Source: Patescibacteria group bacterium
GTDB lineage: Bacteria > Patescibacteriota > Minisyncoccia > Minisyncoccales > GWA2-38-27
Direction: 5' to 3'
Assembly: GCA_020148045.1 (NCBI GenBank)
Contig: JAHCRG010000003.1
Location: forward strand, 34,087-98,086
DNA: 64,000 nt
Shown: positions 9,230 to 18,896 of the stretch, in pieces
Position numbering within the stretch: position 1 is the stretch's first letter
Layout of the letters: each line of letters opens with the position of its first letter
Notes under the pieces: generated by a model
Database searches by the model: none
Told to the model about the DNA's origin: nothing
Seen by the model: only the letters and a program-made list of their open reading frames with translations
Program-made: the position numbers and the translations under genes

Positions 9230-9476
9230 AGTGGTTAAAGAGATTCCAAAAGGTAAGGTTTTGACATACAAAATAGTAGCTAAGAAAGCAGGCTATCCAC
9301 GAGCGTGGAGAGCAGTAGGAAATGTTTTGAATAGAAATAAAAATCCTGAGATTCCTTGCCATCGGGTAATAAGAAGCAATGGAAATATTGGAGGATACAA
9401 CCGAGGAGTAAAACGAAAAAGAACTTTACTTTTAAAAGAAGGTGTGGTAGTAAAGAATATCAAAGTTGTTCGTTGA
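9198..9476 (+). CDS. ogt: methylated-DNA-protein-cysteine methyltransferase (MGMT/Ogt C-terminal domain, standalone)
   Basis: PCHRV active-site motif and an HTH (YKIVAKKAGYPRAWRAVGNVL). Confidence 0.7.
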   Translation: MNTLFQRKVYKVVKEIPKGKVLTYKIVAKKAGYPRAWRAVGNVLNRNKNPEIPCHRVIRSNGNIGGYNRGVKRKRTLLLKEGVVVKNIKVVR

Positions 9477-9511
9477 AAACAGAAGATAGGGTTTTAAAGA
9501 AGGAGAAAGAA

Positions 9512-10981
9512 ATGAGTGCTGGACTGTTTGCATTAAGTATTAATCCGGAGAGTTTTCAGGGCGATTTTCAGGAGATAATTTTTTGGGGTACTTCTTATGC
9601 TCAGCATTTTAGCGGAAAGTTTTCTGGTTTTGCTTCGTTTGATGGTAAGAGGATCATCAGCGACAGTAAATCCGGACTATTTGCTCCTAATTTTGAAGAA
9701 AGGATAAGCGAATTTATCGGGCCAGAAGCTATTGGATATTGCGGCCCAGCTGAGGAACCTTTCTATGTAGGAAAATCAGATGTCGGTAGTTTTAGTGCTT
9801 GTTTCGGTGGCAACATTAGAAACTGCGATGAATTAATAAGGGATTTTTTACACGCCAAGCACAATTTCGAAAGAACAGATGACATCGTAGCAATGAGCAA
9901 ACTTATTATCCAAGGGGCAGATATCATCGATGGTATTAGGCGGATGAGCGAAAAAATTGACGGGGCTTATACTCTTTTGCTCCTTACTCCAGAAGGGATT
10001 TATGCTGTTCGTTCTCCCGACGGTCACTGGCCCCTAGTAATTGGCTGCAGCAAGGAACAAGACGCAGTAATAGTTGCTTCTGAGTGTGTAGGATTTGATA
10101 ATCTTGGTTTTAAACGAGTTAGAGATATTGAGCCGGGAGAGATTGTGTTGCTGAAAGACGGACATTGGTTCAAAAAAAGTGCGCTTCCAAAAACACAAGT
10201 TCAAGAATGTAGTTTCTTTGGAGCATATACTTCTTCTCGTGCTGCGATAGTTCATGGGATTCCAGCTACTTTAATCAGGAGGGGGTTAGGAGCCGCTTCA
10301 GCCAAACGAGACATTGCCGATGATTTTACTCCCCATGTAGTAATGGGCGTGCCTGCCTCTGGTCTTTCCTCTGCCGAGGGTTATAAGGAGACATTTGATG
10401 CTGAAATAAATCGACAGATAAGCTCAGGGAATATAACTCTGAAATGGGTTCCTTTTTATCGTCAGGATTTAATTAAGCATATCATGGTGAGGAGCTATCT
10501 AGCCCCGACTCAGGAAGAGAGAGAAAGAAGAGCTTATTACAAAATTGTGATTACTAGTGAGACCATTAAGCACATTCTTCAGTGGTTAGAAGAAGAAGGT
10601 TTGACAGTAATATTGGGGGATATAAAGTCAAAAAGGAGGATAATCTTAGTTGTCTGCGATGATTCTATTGTTAGGGGAAGTCAGATGAAGTCGAATCTGG
10701 CTCCAAAAACAAGAATAATATATGAGATGGAAGTAGATGGGGTTGATATAAAAGTTGAAATTCATCTAAGAATCTCTTTCCCTCCACTCCGTTCTTATTG
10801 TCCTCACGGAAAGACAACCAAAAGGGGGGAAACTTTAGTTGAGCAACATCCGGATGAAGAAGATAGAATTAGAGCATTAGGAGTAGATGGTTTGAAGTAT
10901 AACAGTGTTGATGATTTGGTTGGGATAATTGGCAAGCCCCGAGAGCAACTATGTATAGATTGCTGCTTCCGTAGAGAATAA
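9512..10981 (+). CDS. PurF-like amidophosphoribosyltransferase homolog with Cys1 replaced (MSAG…)
   Basis: Gn_AT_II-like core (DGAYTLLLLTPEGIYAVRSPDGHWPLVIG…VIVASECVGFDNLGF) and PRTase domain (VVMGVPASGLSSAEGY…ILVVCDDSIVRGSQ). The ATG at 9512 has a good RBS (AAGGAGAAAGAA ATG). The ORF-track start at 9356 overlaps ogt and is unlikely. Confidence 0.6.
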   Translation: MSAGLFALSINPESFQGDFQEIIFWGTSYAQHFSGKFSGFASFDGKRIISDSKSGLFAPNFEERISEFIGPEAIGYCGPAEEPFYVGKSDVGSFSACFGGNIRNCDELIRDFLHAKHNFERTDDIVAMSKLIIQGADIIDGIRRMSEKIDGAYTLLLLTPEGIYAVRSPDGHWPLVIGCSKEQDAVIVASECVGFDNLGFKRVRDIEPGEIVLLKDGHWFKKSALPKTQVQECSFFGAYTSSRAAIVHGIPATLIRRGLGAASAKRDIADDFTPHVVMGVPASGLSSAEGYKETFDAEINRQISSGNITLKWVPFYRQDLIKHIMVRSYLAPTQEERERRAYYKIVITSETIKHILQWLEEEGLTVILGDIKSKRRIILVVCDDSIVRGSQMKSNLAPKTRIIYEMEVDGVDIKVEIHLRISFPPLRSYCPHGKTTKRGETLVEQHPDEEDRIRALGVDGLKYNSVDDLVGIIGKPREQLCIDCCFRRE

Positions 10982-10985
10982 GAAG

Positions 10986-11030
10986 AATTTAAAAAGCCAT
11001 CTTTCAAAGGTGGCTTTCTTTTTATCATAG
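10986..11030. terminator. bidirectional intrinsic terminator between the convergent PurF-like gene and rplT
   Basis: AAAAAGCCATCTTTCAAAGGTGGCTTTCTTTTT hairpin with A-run and T-run flanks. Confidence 0.5.
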
Positions 11031-11031
11031 G

Positions 11032-11379
11032 TTATTTTTTTACCTCTTCTACGATCTTTTCAAAGATGTTGGGATTGTTTTTTGCGAGGTCGGCTAAGAT
11101 TTTTCTATCAAGTTCAATCTTTTTTTCTTTTAGTTCGTGGATAAAACGACTGTAGGATAAACCCTGCTTTCTACAGGCAGAATTTATTTGAATTTGCCAG
11201 AGTTTTCTAAATTCCCTTTTTTTGACCCTTCTATCTCGATAAGCATATTTCCAGGCATGCATTAATGCCTCTTTTGCTGCTTTGTACTTTGATTTTCTTC
11301 CCCAACGAAAACCTTTAGTATGTTTTAATACTTTTTTTCTTCTTTTGTGTGCAGCTTTTCCTCTTTTTACACGAACCAT
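11032..11379 (-). CDS. rplT: 50S ribosomal protein L20
   Basis: MVRVKRGKAAHKRRKKVLKHTKGFRWGRKSKYKAAKEALMHAW… is a canonical L20. Confidence 0.9.
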   Translation of the reverse strand: MVRVKRGKAAHKRRKKVLKHTKGFRWGRKSKYKAAKEALMHAWKYAYRDRRVKKREFRKLWQIQINSACRKQGLSYSRFIHELKEKKIELDRKILADLAKNNPNIFEKIVEEVKK

Positions 11380-11380
11380 A

Positions 11381-11563
11381 TTACTTAATTAACTTCTTAA
11401 TCTTCCTGGCAAATGGCTTGGAAACTTTAACCCATTTCCGGCCTTTTCTTTTCCTCTTACCCGTTTTTTTCGCCCGATAATGGTCCTGTCCAGTCGCTCT
11501 TCTTAGAACCTTACCGGTTTTAGTTATTTTAAAACGTTTTTTGATTGATTTTCTCGTTTTCAT
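11381..11563 (-). CDS. rpmI: 50S ribosomal protein L35
   Basis: 60-aa basic protein MKTRKSIKKRFKITKTGKVLRR; infC-rpmI-rplT operon order. Confidence 0.85.
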   Translation of the reverse strand: MKTRKSIKKRFKITKTGKVLRRATGQDHYRAKKTGKRKRKGRKWVKVSKPFARKIKKLIK

Positions 11564-11575
11564 AGTTAAATTTTT

Positions 11576-12085
11576 CTATTTTTTGGAAATAATCATTGTT
11601 AATCCTCTTGGTTGTCTTTTTAATTCTCTTTCAATTTTTATTGGAATTGACTTTTCTAATGCCTCAAGAAATTTTTTTATTTTTTCTTTAGCAAAATCTT
11701 GATGTGCTTTTTCTCTTCCTCTCAATTTCATCTCTATTCTAACCTTATATCCTGACTTTAAAAATTTTTCTGTTTGTCTGACTCTTGTTTCTAAATCGTG
11801 TTCAGAAATTCCAAAAGTTAATCTTATTCCTTTAAGTAAGCTTATCCGGTGATCTTTAGCTGATTTTTCTTTCTTTTTCAGTTGATAAAGATATTTTCCA
11901 TAGTCCATTAGTTTACAAACAGGCGGCTCAACTTTTTCTGTAACCTGGATTAAATCGAAACCGCGCTCCCTTGCTATTTGGAGCGCTTTTGTTAATACCA
12001 AAACTCCCAGTTGTTTTCCAGCTTCATCAATCACCCTTACTTCTCTGGCCCTTATTCGATTGTTGACTAATGGTTTTCTTTGCAC
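11576..12085 (-). CDS. infC: translation initiation factor IF-3 (GTG start)
   Basis: N- and C-domain motifs (IRAREVRVIDEAGKQLGVL…); upstream of rpmI-rplT. Confidence 0.85.
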   Translation of the reverse strand: MQRKPLVNNRIRAREVRVIDEAGKQLGVLVLTKALQIARERGFDLIQVTEKVEPPVCKLMDYGKYLYQLKKKEKSAKDHRISLLKGIRLTFGISEHDLETRVRQTEKFLKSGYKVRIEMKLRGREKAHQDFAKEKIKKFLEALEKSIPIKIERELKRQPRGLTMIISKK

Positions 12086-12086
12086 T

Positions 12087-12425
12087 GTGGAGATGGCGAG
12101 GGTGAACTCGCGTCCAAAAGTTTTGCCAAAATAGTTCTACAGATTTAGTCTGTTTTAATTTTCAGATACCAAGCAAGAAACAGACAAAATCTTAGTATCT
12201 TATCCTCGTTTGTTTCAATAATTCCCTTGAGGAAGAAAATTATCTATCTCGCGATTATAACGCCAAAGATTGCTTAGCGAGAATCAGTAATCCCGACGGC
12301 GTTAAGCAAATGCTAACGCAGGTTTCTTAAATAAGTTAGCACTTATTTTTTCTGGAAGTTTTACCAGATTCCAAGCTGGAACTGCTTTATCCTGACAAAA
12401 ACTTCTGTCAAAACTTTTCATCCCC
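12087..12425 (-). ncRNA. ssrA: tmRNA (SsrA); predicted tag peptide ANLFKKPALAFA
   Basis: Minus-strand transcript begins GGGGAUGAAAAG… and ends …GGACGCGAGUUCACCCUCGCCAUCUCCAC. The 5' GGGGAUG pairs with 3' CAUCUCC to form the acceptor stem, and a T-arm GCGAG-UUCACCC-CUCGC is present. An internal ORF GCU AAC UUA UUU AAG AAA CCU GCG UUA GCA UUU GCU UAA is present. The gene lies immediately downstream of smpB. Confidence 0.75.
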
Positions 12426-12867
12426 GTGATTTTAATTCTCTTTTTAATTCTCTTTCTGCTTCTCGTTTTTTAATTAGCTCTCTTTTGTCAGCTTTTTTTC
12501 TTCCTTTAGCTATTCCAAATTCAAGCTTAATTTTACCTCTCTTAGTATACACTCTTAAGGGTATTAAAGTCAAGCCCTTTTGTTTTGTTTTCCCGATTAA
12601 ATGTTTAATTTCTAACTTATTCAAAAGAAGTTTTCTTGACTTTTCTGGTTCATAATCTTTAGGAGCGTTTTTTGGTTGATAAGGAGGGATATTAGCTCCG
12701 ATTAAATACGGTTCCTCTCCCTTTAGAACCACATAAGAACCTTTTAAGCTCATCCTCCCTGATTTTATTGACTTTACTTCCTGTCCAATCAAAACCATGC
12801 CTGCTTCAAATTTCTCCAGGATTTCATAGTCAAACCTCGCTTTTCTATTTTCCGCAAGAACCTTCAT
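12418..12867 (-). CDS. smpB: SsrA-binding protein SmpB
   Basis: MKVLAENRKARFDYEILEKFEAGMVLIGQEVKSIKSGRMSLKGSYV… is a canonical SmpB. Confidence 0.9.
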   Translation of the reverse strand: MKVLAENRKARFDYEILEKFEAGMVLIGQEVKSIKSGRMSLKGSYVVLKGEEPYLIGANIPPYQPKNAPKDYEPEKSRKLLLNKLEIKHLIGKTKQKGLTLIPLRVYTKRGKIKLEFGIAKGRKKADKRELIKKREAERELKRELKSRG

Positions 12868-12908
12868 ATCACTTTTATTTTATCAGAAAATAAGCTAAAC
12901 TGGAAACA

Positions 12909-14459
12909 ATGATTAGGAATGATATCAGGAAATTAATAGAGAAAGCAGTAAAGGAGCTTGGTTTTAAGGTTCCAGAGGTTTTGGTTGAGGAGCCGAGGGA
13001 GAAGGCATACGGTAATTATGCCACTAATGTTGCAATGACGATTGGGAAAGAAGATCCAATAAAGATAGCTGAAATGATAAAATCAAAAATTAAAAGCAAT
13101 ATTATCGAGAAGATTGATGTTGTTAAACCGGGTTTTATTAATTTTTTTATTTCCAAAGAGTATTTGCAAGAACAAGTAGGGGAGATTTTAAAAGAAAAAG
13201 AGAAATTTGGTGATTTGAAACTCGGGAAGGGTAAAAAAGTTCAAGTAGAATTTATTTCCGCGAATCCAACAGGTCCCTTAACAGTAGGTAATGCTCGAGG
13301 CGGTCCTTTTGGTGATGCCTTGGGGAATATCCTGAAAAAAGCTGGTTTTAACGTTGAAAAAGCTTTTTATATCAATAATTACGGGATGCAAATTTTAGCT
13401 TTGGGAAATTCTGTTTTGAAAAATAAAGAAGCTAAATACAAAGGTAAATATATTGATTATTTAAGCAAAAAAATTAAAGGGAAAGATCCTTATAAAGCAG
13501 GGGAGAAGGCAGCTAAAATTATTGTTGATGAAATGATTAAGAAGACAGCTGATAGAATGGGAATAAAGTATGACGAGTGGTTTTCAGAAACAAAACTTCA
13601 CAAATCTGGAGAAGTTGATAAGGTTTCAGAGTTTTTAAAGAAAAAAGGTTTAGCTTATAAAAAAGAAGGAGCTTTGTGGTTTAAATCTACAAAATTTGGT
13701 GATAATAGAGACAGGGTTATTATCAAAAAAGATAGCTGGAAAACTTATTTGGCTGGAGATATTGCCTATCATAAATATAAATTTGAGAAGAAGAAGTTTG
13801 ATAAAGTAATCGATGTTTGGGGGGCTGACCATGCTGGCGATGTTTTTGGTTTGCAGGCTGGAATGACTGCTTTTGGCCACAAAGGAAAGCTTGATATAAT
13901 TCTTTTACAATTTGTTACTCTCTTGGAAAAAAAGAAAAAAATCAAAATGTCCAAAAGGCGGGGTGTTTATGTTGCCATGGATGAGCTACTTGATAAAGTT
14001 GGAGCTGATGTTACTAAGTTCTTTTTCTTACAAAAGTCAGCTGACACTCACTTAAATTTTGACGTCTCTATAGCTAAAGAGCAATCAGAGAAGAATCCGG
14101 TTTATTATGTCCAATACGCTCATGCCAGGATTTGTAGCATTTTACGTAAAGCAAAAGGTTTCAAGTTTCAAGTTTCAAGTTTCAGGTTATTAGATCATCC
14201 AAGCGAACTATCTTTAATTAAGCGGTTGATTAGATTCCCAGAAATTATTGGAGATACTGCTAAAGATTATCAGGTGCAGAGAGTTCCTCAATATGCAACT
14301 GATTTAGCTACTGAGTTTCATAAATTTTATCGCGATTGTAAGGTTATTTCAGACGATAAAGAGTTAAGCCAGGCAAGATTATCTTTAATTTTAGCAACCC
14401 AAACCGTTCTTAAAAATACTTTAGATTTAATGGGAATTAGCGCCCCAAAAAAAATGTAA
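12909..14459 (+). CDS. argS: arginyl-tRNA synthetase
   Basis: ISANPTGPLTVGNARGG (HIGH-region variant of ArgS), KMSKRRG, and the C-terminal anticodon-binding domain. Confidence 0.85.
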   Translation: MIRNDIRKLIEKAVKELGFKVPEVLVEEPREKAYGNYATNVAMTIGKEDPIKIAEMIKSKIKSNIIEKIDVVKPGFINFFISKEYLQEQVGEILKEKEKFGDLKLGKGKKVQVEFISANPTGPLTVGNARGGPFGDALGNILKKAGFNVEKAFYINNYGMQILALGNSVLKNKEAKYKGKYIDYLSKKIKGKDPYKAGEKAAKIIVDEMIKKTADRMGIKYDEWFSETKLHKSGEVDKVSEFLKKKGLAYKKEGALWFKSTKFGDNRDRVIIKKDSWKTYLAGDIAYHKYKFEKKKFDKVIDVWGADHAGDVFGLQAGMTAFGHKGKLDIILLQFVTLLEKKKKIKMSKRRGVYVAMDELLDKVGADVTKFFFLQKSADTHLNFDVSIAKEQSEKNPVYYVQYAHARICSILRKAKGFKFQVSSFRLLDHPSELSLIKRLIRFPEIIGDTAKDYQVQRVPQYATDLATEFHKFYRDCKVISDDKELSQARLSLILATQTVLKNTLDLMGISAPKKM

Positions 14460-14460
14460 A

Positions 14461-15045
14461 ATGAGAAATAAATATATTCTTTTGCGGCATGGAGAGACGA
14501 TTTATCAAACCAAAAAAGATGATCTTTTGTATCCTTGGCCTGATTTTATTACTAGTTTGACTAAAACAGGTAAGAAACAGGCAGAAACTGCGGCTAAGAA
14601 ACTTAAAAGTAAAAAGATTGATTTAATCTATTCTTCAGATTTTCTAAGGGCTCGCCGAACAGCAGAAATTGTGGCTAAAGAGCTTGGTTTGAAAGTTAAG
14701 GTTGATAAACGGCTTAGGGATATAAATTGGGGAGTTTATCAAGATAGGCCAGTAAAAGATTATCTTCAATTTTTTTCTTCAATAAAACAGAGATTTTCAA
14801 AACGTCCTCCTAAAGGCGAAAACTGGAGAGATGTGAAAAAAAGAATGATGGATTTTATAAAAGATATTGACAAAAGACATAGAAATAAGAAGATTTTAAT
14901 TGTTAGTCATGGAGATCCTTCGTGGCTTTTAATCGGAACAATGAGAGGTCTAAACGAAGATAAGCTTTTTAAAAAAAGGACTGAAAGGTTTAGTCCTTAT
15001 AAAGATTTTTATCCAAATGTTGGAGAATTTTTAAAAGTTAAATAA
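14461..15045 (+). CDS. histidine phosphatase family protein (phosphoglycerate mutase-like)
   Basis: LLRHGET catalytic motif and SHGD. Confidence 0.7.
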   Translation: MRNKYILLRHGETIYQTKKDDLLYPWPDFITSLTKTGKKQAETAAKKLKSKKIDLIYSSDFLRARRTAEIVAKELGLKVKVDKRLRDINWGVYQDRPVKDYLQFFSSIKQRFSKRPPKGENWRDVKKRMMDFIKDIDKRHRNKKILIVSHGDPSWLLIGTMRGLNEDKLFKKRTERFSPYKDFYPNVGEFLKVK

Positions 15046-15046
15046 C

Positions 15047-17866
15047 ATGAATTTTGATTTTCCGAAAATTGAAGAGAAAATTCTAAAGTTTTGGCAGGAG
15101 AAGAAGATCTTTGAAAAACTTAGAAAGAAAAATCAGGGCAAAGAACGCTGGTCATTTTTAGATGGACCAATAACAGCTAACAATCCAATGGGCGTGCATC
15201 ATGCTTGGGGAAGGACTTACAAAGATTTATTCCAGAGATATAAAGCAATGCAGGGTTTTGACCAGAGGTTTCAAAATGGCTTTGATTGCCAGGGGCTTTG
15301 GGTTGAGGTTGAGGTTGAAAAAGAAATGGGCTTTAAAACAAAAAAGGACATTGAGAAATTTGGTATTGAGAAATTTGTTGAGGCCTGCAAGAAAAGAGTT
15401 TTGAAATATTCTAAGATTCAGACAGAGCAGTCAATTCGCTTGGGCCAGTGGATGGATTGGAAGAATTCCTATTACACAATGTCTGATGAAAATAATTATG
15501 CTATTTGGAGTTTTCTTAAAACTTGCTGGAAAAAAGGATTATTGTACAAAGGCAGGGATGTTGTTCCTTGGTGTCCTCGTTGTGGCACAGCTATTTCCCA
15601 GCATGAGATTTTAACTGAAGAGTATAAAGAACTTACTCATAAATCAATTTTTGTAAAATTGCCAGTTGAGGGACGGAAGAATACCTTTTTCCTTGTTTGG
15701 ACAACCACGCCCTGGACTTTACCAGCTAATATTGCCTTAGCTGTTCAGCCAAGATTAACTTATGCTGAAGTCCGGGATAAGAAAGGAGGTATTTTTATTG
15801 TTCTTAAAGAAAAAGCTGATTTAATTCCAGATGGAAGGATAATTAAAGAGTTTCCTGGAAAAGAATTGGATAATTTAAAGTATCAAGGCATGTTTGACGA
15901 GTTGGAGGCAGTTAAGAAGAGCATGAAAAAAGAAAAGCACAGAGTTATTTTATGGAAGGATGTTTCTGAAGAAGAAGGGACTGGGATTGTTCATATTGCT
16001 CCTGGTTGTGGACAAGAGGATTTCCAATTAAGTAAAGAACTTAAATTTCCAGTTGTTGATCCAACAGATGAGGAAAGTAGATACAAAGATGGTTTTGGAT
16101 TTTTAGCTGGGAAATTAGTGAGCGAGGTGAACGAGCAGATTTTTGAGAATTTAACCAAAAAAGGTTTAGTTTTCAAAATTGAAGATTATATTCACCGTTA
16201 TCCAACTTGCTGGCGTTGTAAAGAAGAATTGATTTTCCGCTTAGTTGATGAGTGGTATATTTCAATGGATAGATTGAGAAAATCCTTGATGAAAGTAGCA
16301 AAGAAAATAAAATGGATTCCTTCTTTTGGTTTAGATAGAGAATTGGATTGGTTAAAAAATATGCAGGATTGGTTAATTTCCAAGAAACGTTATTGGGGCT
16401 TGGCTTTACCAATTTATGAATGTAAATGTGGTAATTTTGAAGTGATTGGTTCAAAAGAGGAATTGAAAGAAAAGGCAGTTTCTGGTTGGGATAAATTTGA
16501 AGGTCGTTCTCCTCATCGTCCTTGGGTAGACGAAGTGAAAACTAAATGTTCAAAATGCAAGAAATTAGTTTCTCGGATTCCTGATGTAGGAAATCCCTGG
16601 CTTGATGCTGGCATAGTTCCTTTTTCTACAATGGAAAAAGAATGGTTTCCAGCTGAATTTATTTGCGAATCTTTCCCTGGCCAATTTAAAAATTGGTTTT
16701 ATGCTTTGATTGTGATGAGCACTTTTTTAGAAAATACTGAGCCGGTAAAGACAATTTTTGGTTTTGCTTCAGTTAAGGACGAAAAAGGAGAAGAGATGCA
16801 TAAGTCAAAAGGAAATGTTATTTGGTTTGATGAGGCAGTTGATAAAATTGGAGCTGATCCAATGCGTTGGATGTACAGCAGGCAGAATCCTGTTTATAAC
16901 TTGAAGTTTGGCTATGGACCAGCAGAAGAGATAAAGAGGAAGTTATTAACTTTATATAATGTCTATGCTTTTTTTGAAACGTATGTCTCAAAAAAAGAAC
17001 TACCAACTACCAACTACCAACTACAATCTAATAATATTTTAGGTAGATGGATTATTTCCAGATTAAATAATTTGATTGGAAGGGTTACTAGAAGTTTGGA
17101 TAGATATAATACCTCTGCTGCCACGGTGGCAATTGAGAAATTTTTTATTGATGATTTATCCCTTTGGTATGTTAGAAGGTCTAGAAAAAGATTTCACCAG
17201 GGAGCTAAAGGAAGAAAAGAAGCAATTGAAACCCTTTATTATGTGCTTCTAGATTTAACCAAACTCATAGCTCCTATTATGCCCTTTTTTGCTGAAGAGA
17301 TGTATTCTAATTTGCGTTTAGAAAATATGCCAGAGTCAATTCATTTGTTTGATTGGCCAAAAGTATATAAAGAGAAAATTGACAAGGATTTAGAAGAAAA
17401 AATGAAACAAGTTCGGGAGAGTGTTACCCAAGCTTTAGCTCAAAGAGCAGAATTAGGAATTAAAGTGCGCCAGCCGTTAGCTGGGTTGAAGATTAAGAAT
17501 AAGTTAGATGAAGAATTATTAGAATTGATTAAGGATGAAGTTAATGTTAAGAAAATTACTTTTGGCAAGGAAGTTAAATTAGATACTAAGATTAGCAAAG
17601 AGCTGAGAGAGGAAGGGATAGTTAGGGAAGTTATTCGGCATATTCAAGAAATGAGAAAGAAAGCTGGATTAAAGACAAAAGATAGAATTTTAGTTCAATG
17701 CCATGGTTCAGATAAATTGAATAAGATTTTGGTTGCGAAGAAGGATTTTATTATCAAAGAGACAGTGGCTGAAGATTTTAAAATAGAGAAGGAAGAAAAA
17801 TTTGAGATTAAAAAAGAAATAAAAGCCGATAAAGAAAAATTATGGCTTGGAATTAAGAAAGTTTAA
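15047..17866 (+). CDS. ileS: isoleucyl-tRNA synthetase
   Basis: PITANNPMGVHHAWGRT, KMSKSKGN, CP1 editing region; 939 aa. Confidence 0.9.
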   Translation: MNFDFPKIEEKILKFWQEKKIFEKLRKKNQGKERWSFLDGPITANNPMGVHHAWGRTYKDLFQRYKAMQGFDQRFQNGFDCQGLWVEVEVEKEMGFKTKKDIEKFGIEKFVEACKKRVLKYSKIQTEQSIRLGQWMDWKNSYYTMSDENNYAIWSFLKTCWKKGLLYKGRDVVPWCPRCGTAISQHEILTEEYKELTHKSIFVKLPVEGRKNTFFLVWTTTPWTLPANIALAVQPRLTYAEVRDKKGGIFIVLKEKADLIPDGRIIKEFPGKELDNLKYQGMFDELEAVKKSMKKEKHRVILWKDVSEEEGTGIVHIAPGCGQEDFQLSKELKFPVVDPTDEESRYKDGFGFLAGKLVSEVNEQIFENLTKKGLVFKIEDYIHRYPTCWRCKEELIFRLVDEWYISMDRLRKSLMKVAKKIKWIPSFGLDRELDWLKNMQDWLISKKRYWGLALPIYECKCGNFEVIGSKEELKEKAVSGWDKFEGRSPHRPWVDEVKTKCSKCKKLVSRIPDVGNPWLDAGIVPFSTMEKEWFPAEFICESFPGQFKNWFYALIVMSTFLENTEPVKTIFGFASVKDEKGEEMHKSKGNVIWFDEAVDKIGADPMRWMYSRQNPVYNLKFGYGPAEEIKRKLLTLYNVYAFFETYVSKKELPTTNYQLQSNNILGRWIISRLNNLIGRVTRSLDRYNTSAATVAIEKFFIDDLSLWYVRRSRKRFHQGAKGRKEAIETLYYVLLDLTKLIAPIMPFFAEEMYSNLRLENMPESIHLFDWPKVYKEKIDKDLEEKMKQVRESVTQALAQRAELGIKVRQPLAGLKIKNKLDEELLELIKDEVNVKKITFGKEVKLDTKISKELREEGIVREVIRHIQEMRKKAGLKTKDRILVQCHGSDKLNKILVAKKDFIIKETVAEDFKIEKEEKFEIKKEIKADKEKLWLGIKKV

Positions 17867-17882
17867 GGTAAAATAAATTAAT

Positions 17883-18896
17883 ATGCTTATTCTTTGGATT
17901 GTTATTTTTATCGCAAGTTTAGCTGTATTGGTAAAATCAGCTGATTGGGTTGTTGAAAGCTCAGAAAAAATTGGTCTGGCTTTAAAACTTTCACCTTTTA
18001 TTGTTGGAGTAACTATTGTTGCTATTGGTACATCTTTTCCGGAACTGGCAACAACTTTAATTGCTACTTTTAAAGGAAATACTGAATTTGTTGTTGATAC
18101 TGCTTTTGGTTCTAATATCGCCACTATTCTTTTGATTGTTGGTTTGGCAACAGTAGTAGGTCGTAAACTCATAGTCAAAAGAAGCTTGATTGATTTAGAC
18201 GCTCCTTTATTTGCAGTAAGTACAGTTTTAATTCTTTTTATGGCTTTGGATAGAAAAATAGTTTTCTGGGAAGGGGTTTTACTTATACTGGGTTTTATAG
18301 TTTATTTTTTGTATACGATTTTTCAACGAGGAAATGGAGAAGAAGAAACCCCAGAAGCGGTTGAGGTTTTGCCTTTGCGGCCAGAAAGAAGAGAAGCAAG
18401 AATTCAAAGGGAAATTAAAGAGGAAAAGAAAAAAATAGTAGAGGCAAAATTAAGCTTTAAAATTTTCCTTTTTCTGACTTTAGGAATAGCTGGCTTGGTT
18501 ATTGGGTCTAACTATATAGTGGAATCGGTTTCAAGCTTATCAGAGCTTTTGAAAATCAACGCTTCTTTTATCACTATCACCGCGGTAGCTGTGGGTACTT
18601 CTTTGCCAGAGCTGGTTGTTTCAGTTGGGGCTGCTCTCAAGAAAAAATATGAGCTTGCTTTGGGAAATGTTTTTGGTTCAAATGTTTTTACCATATTTTT
18701 AGTTATAGGTCTGCCGGCTCTTATTAAGCCGTTAGCAATTAACGAGACTACCTTCTCGGTTGGTCTTCCTTATTTAGTTGTTGCTACTTTACTTTTTGTA
18801 GTTTCGGGAATTTCCAGAAGAATTCATATCTGGGAGGGACTAATGTATATTTTAATTTTTGTCTTATTTATAGCCCAGTTTTTTGGTCTATTTTAA
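17883..18896 (+). CDS. Na+/Ca2+ exchanger (CaCA, YrbG-like)
   Basis: Two alpha-repeats GTSFPELATT / GTSLPELVVS. Confidence 0.75.
   Translation: MLILWIVIFIASLAVLVKSADWVVESSEKIGLALKLSPFIVGVTIVAIGTSFPELATTLIATFKGNTEFVVDTAFGSNIATILLIVGLATVVGRKLIVKRSLIDLDAPLFAVSTVLILFMALDRKIVFWEGVLLILGFIVYFLYTIFQRGNGEEETPEAVEVLPLRPERREARIQREIKEEKKKIVEAKLSFKIFLFLTLGIAGLVIGSNYIVESVSSLSELLKINASFITITAVAVGTSLPELVVSVGAALKKKYELALGNVFGSNVFTIFLVIGLPALIKPLAINETTFSVGLPYLVVATLLFVVSGISRRIHIWEGLMYILIFVLFIAQFFGLF

Noticed and set aside
9356-9511. N-terminal extension of the PurF-like ORF (ORF-track start at 9356)
   Set aside because: It would overlap the ogt gene by 120 nt in another frame. A strong RBS precedes the ATG at 9512, and PurF homology begins there.
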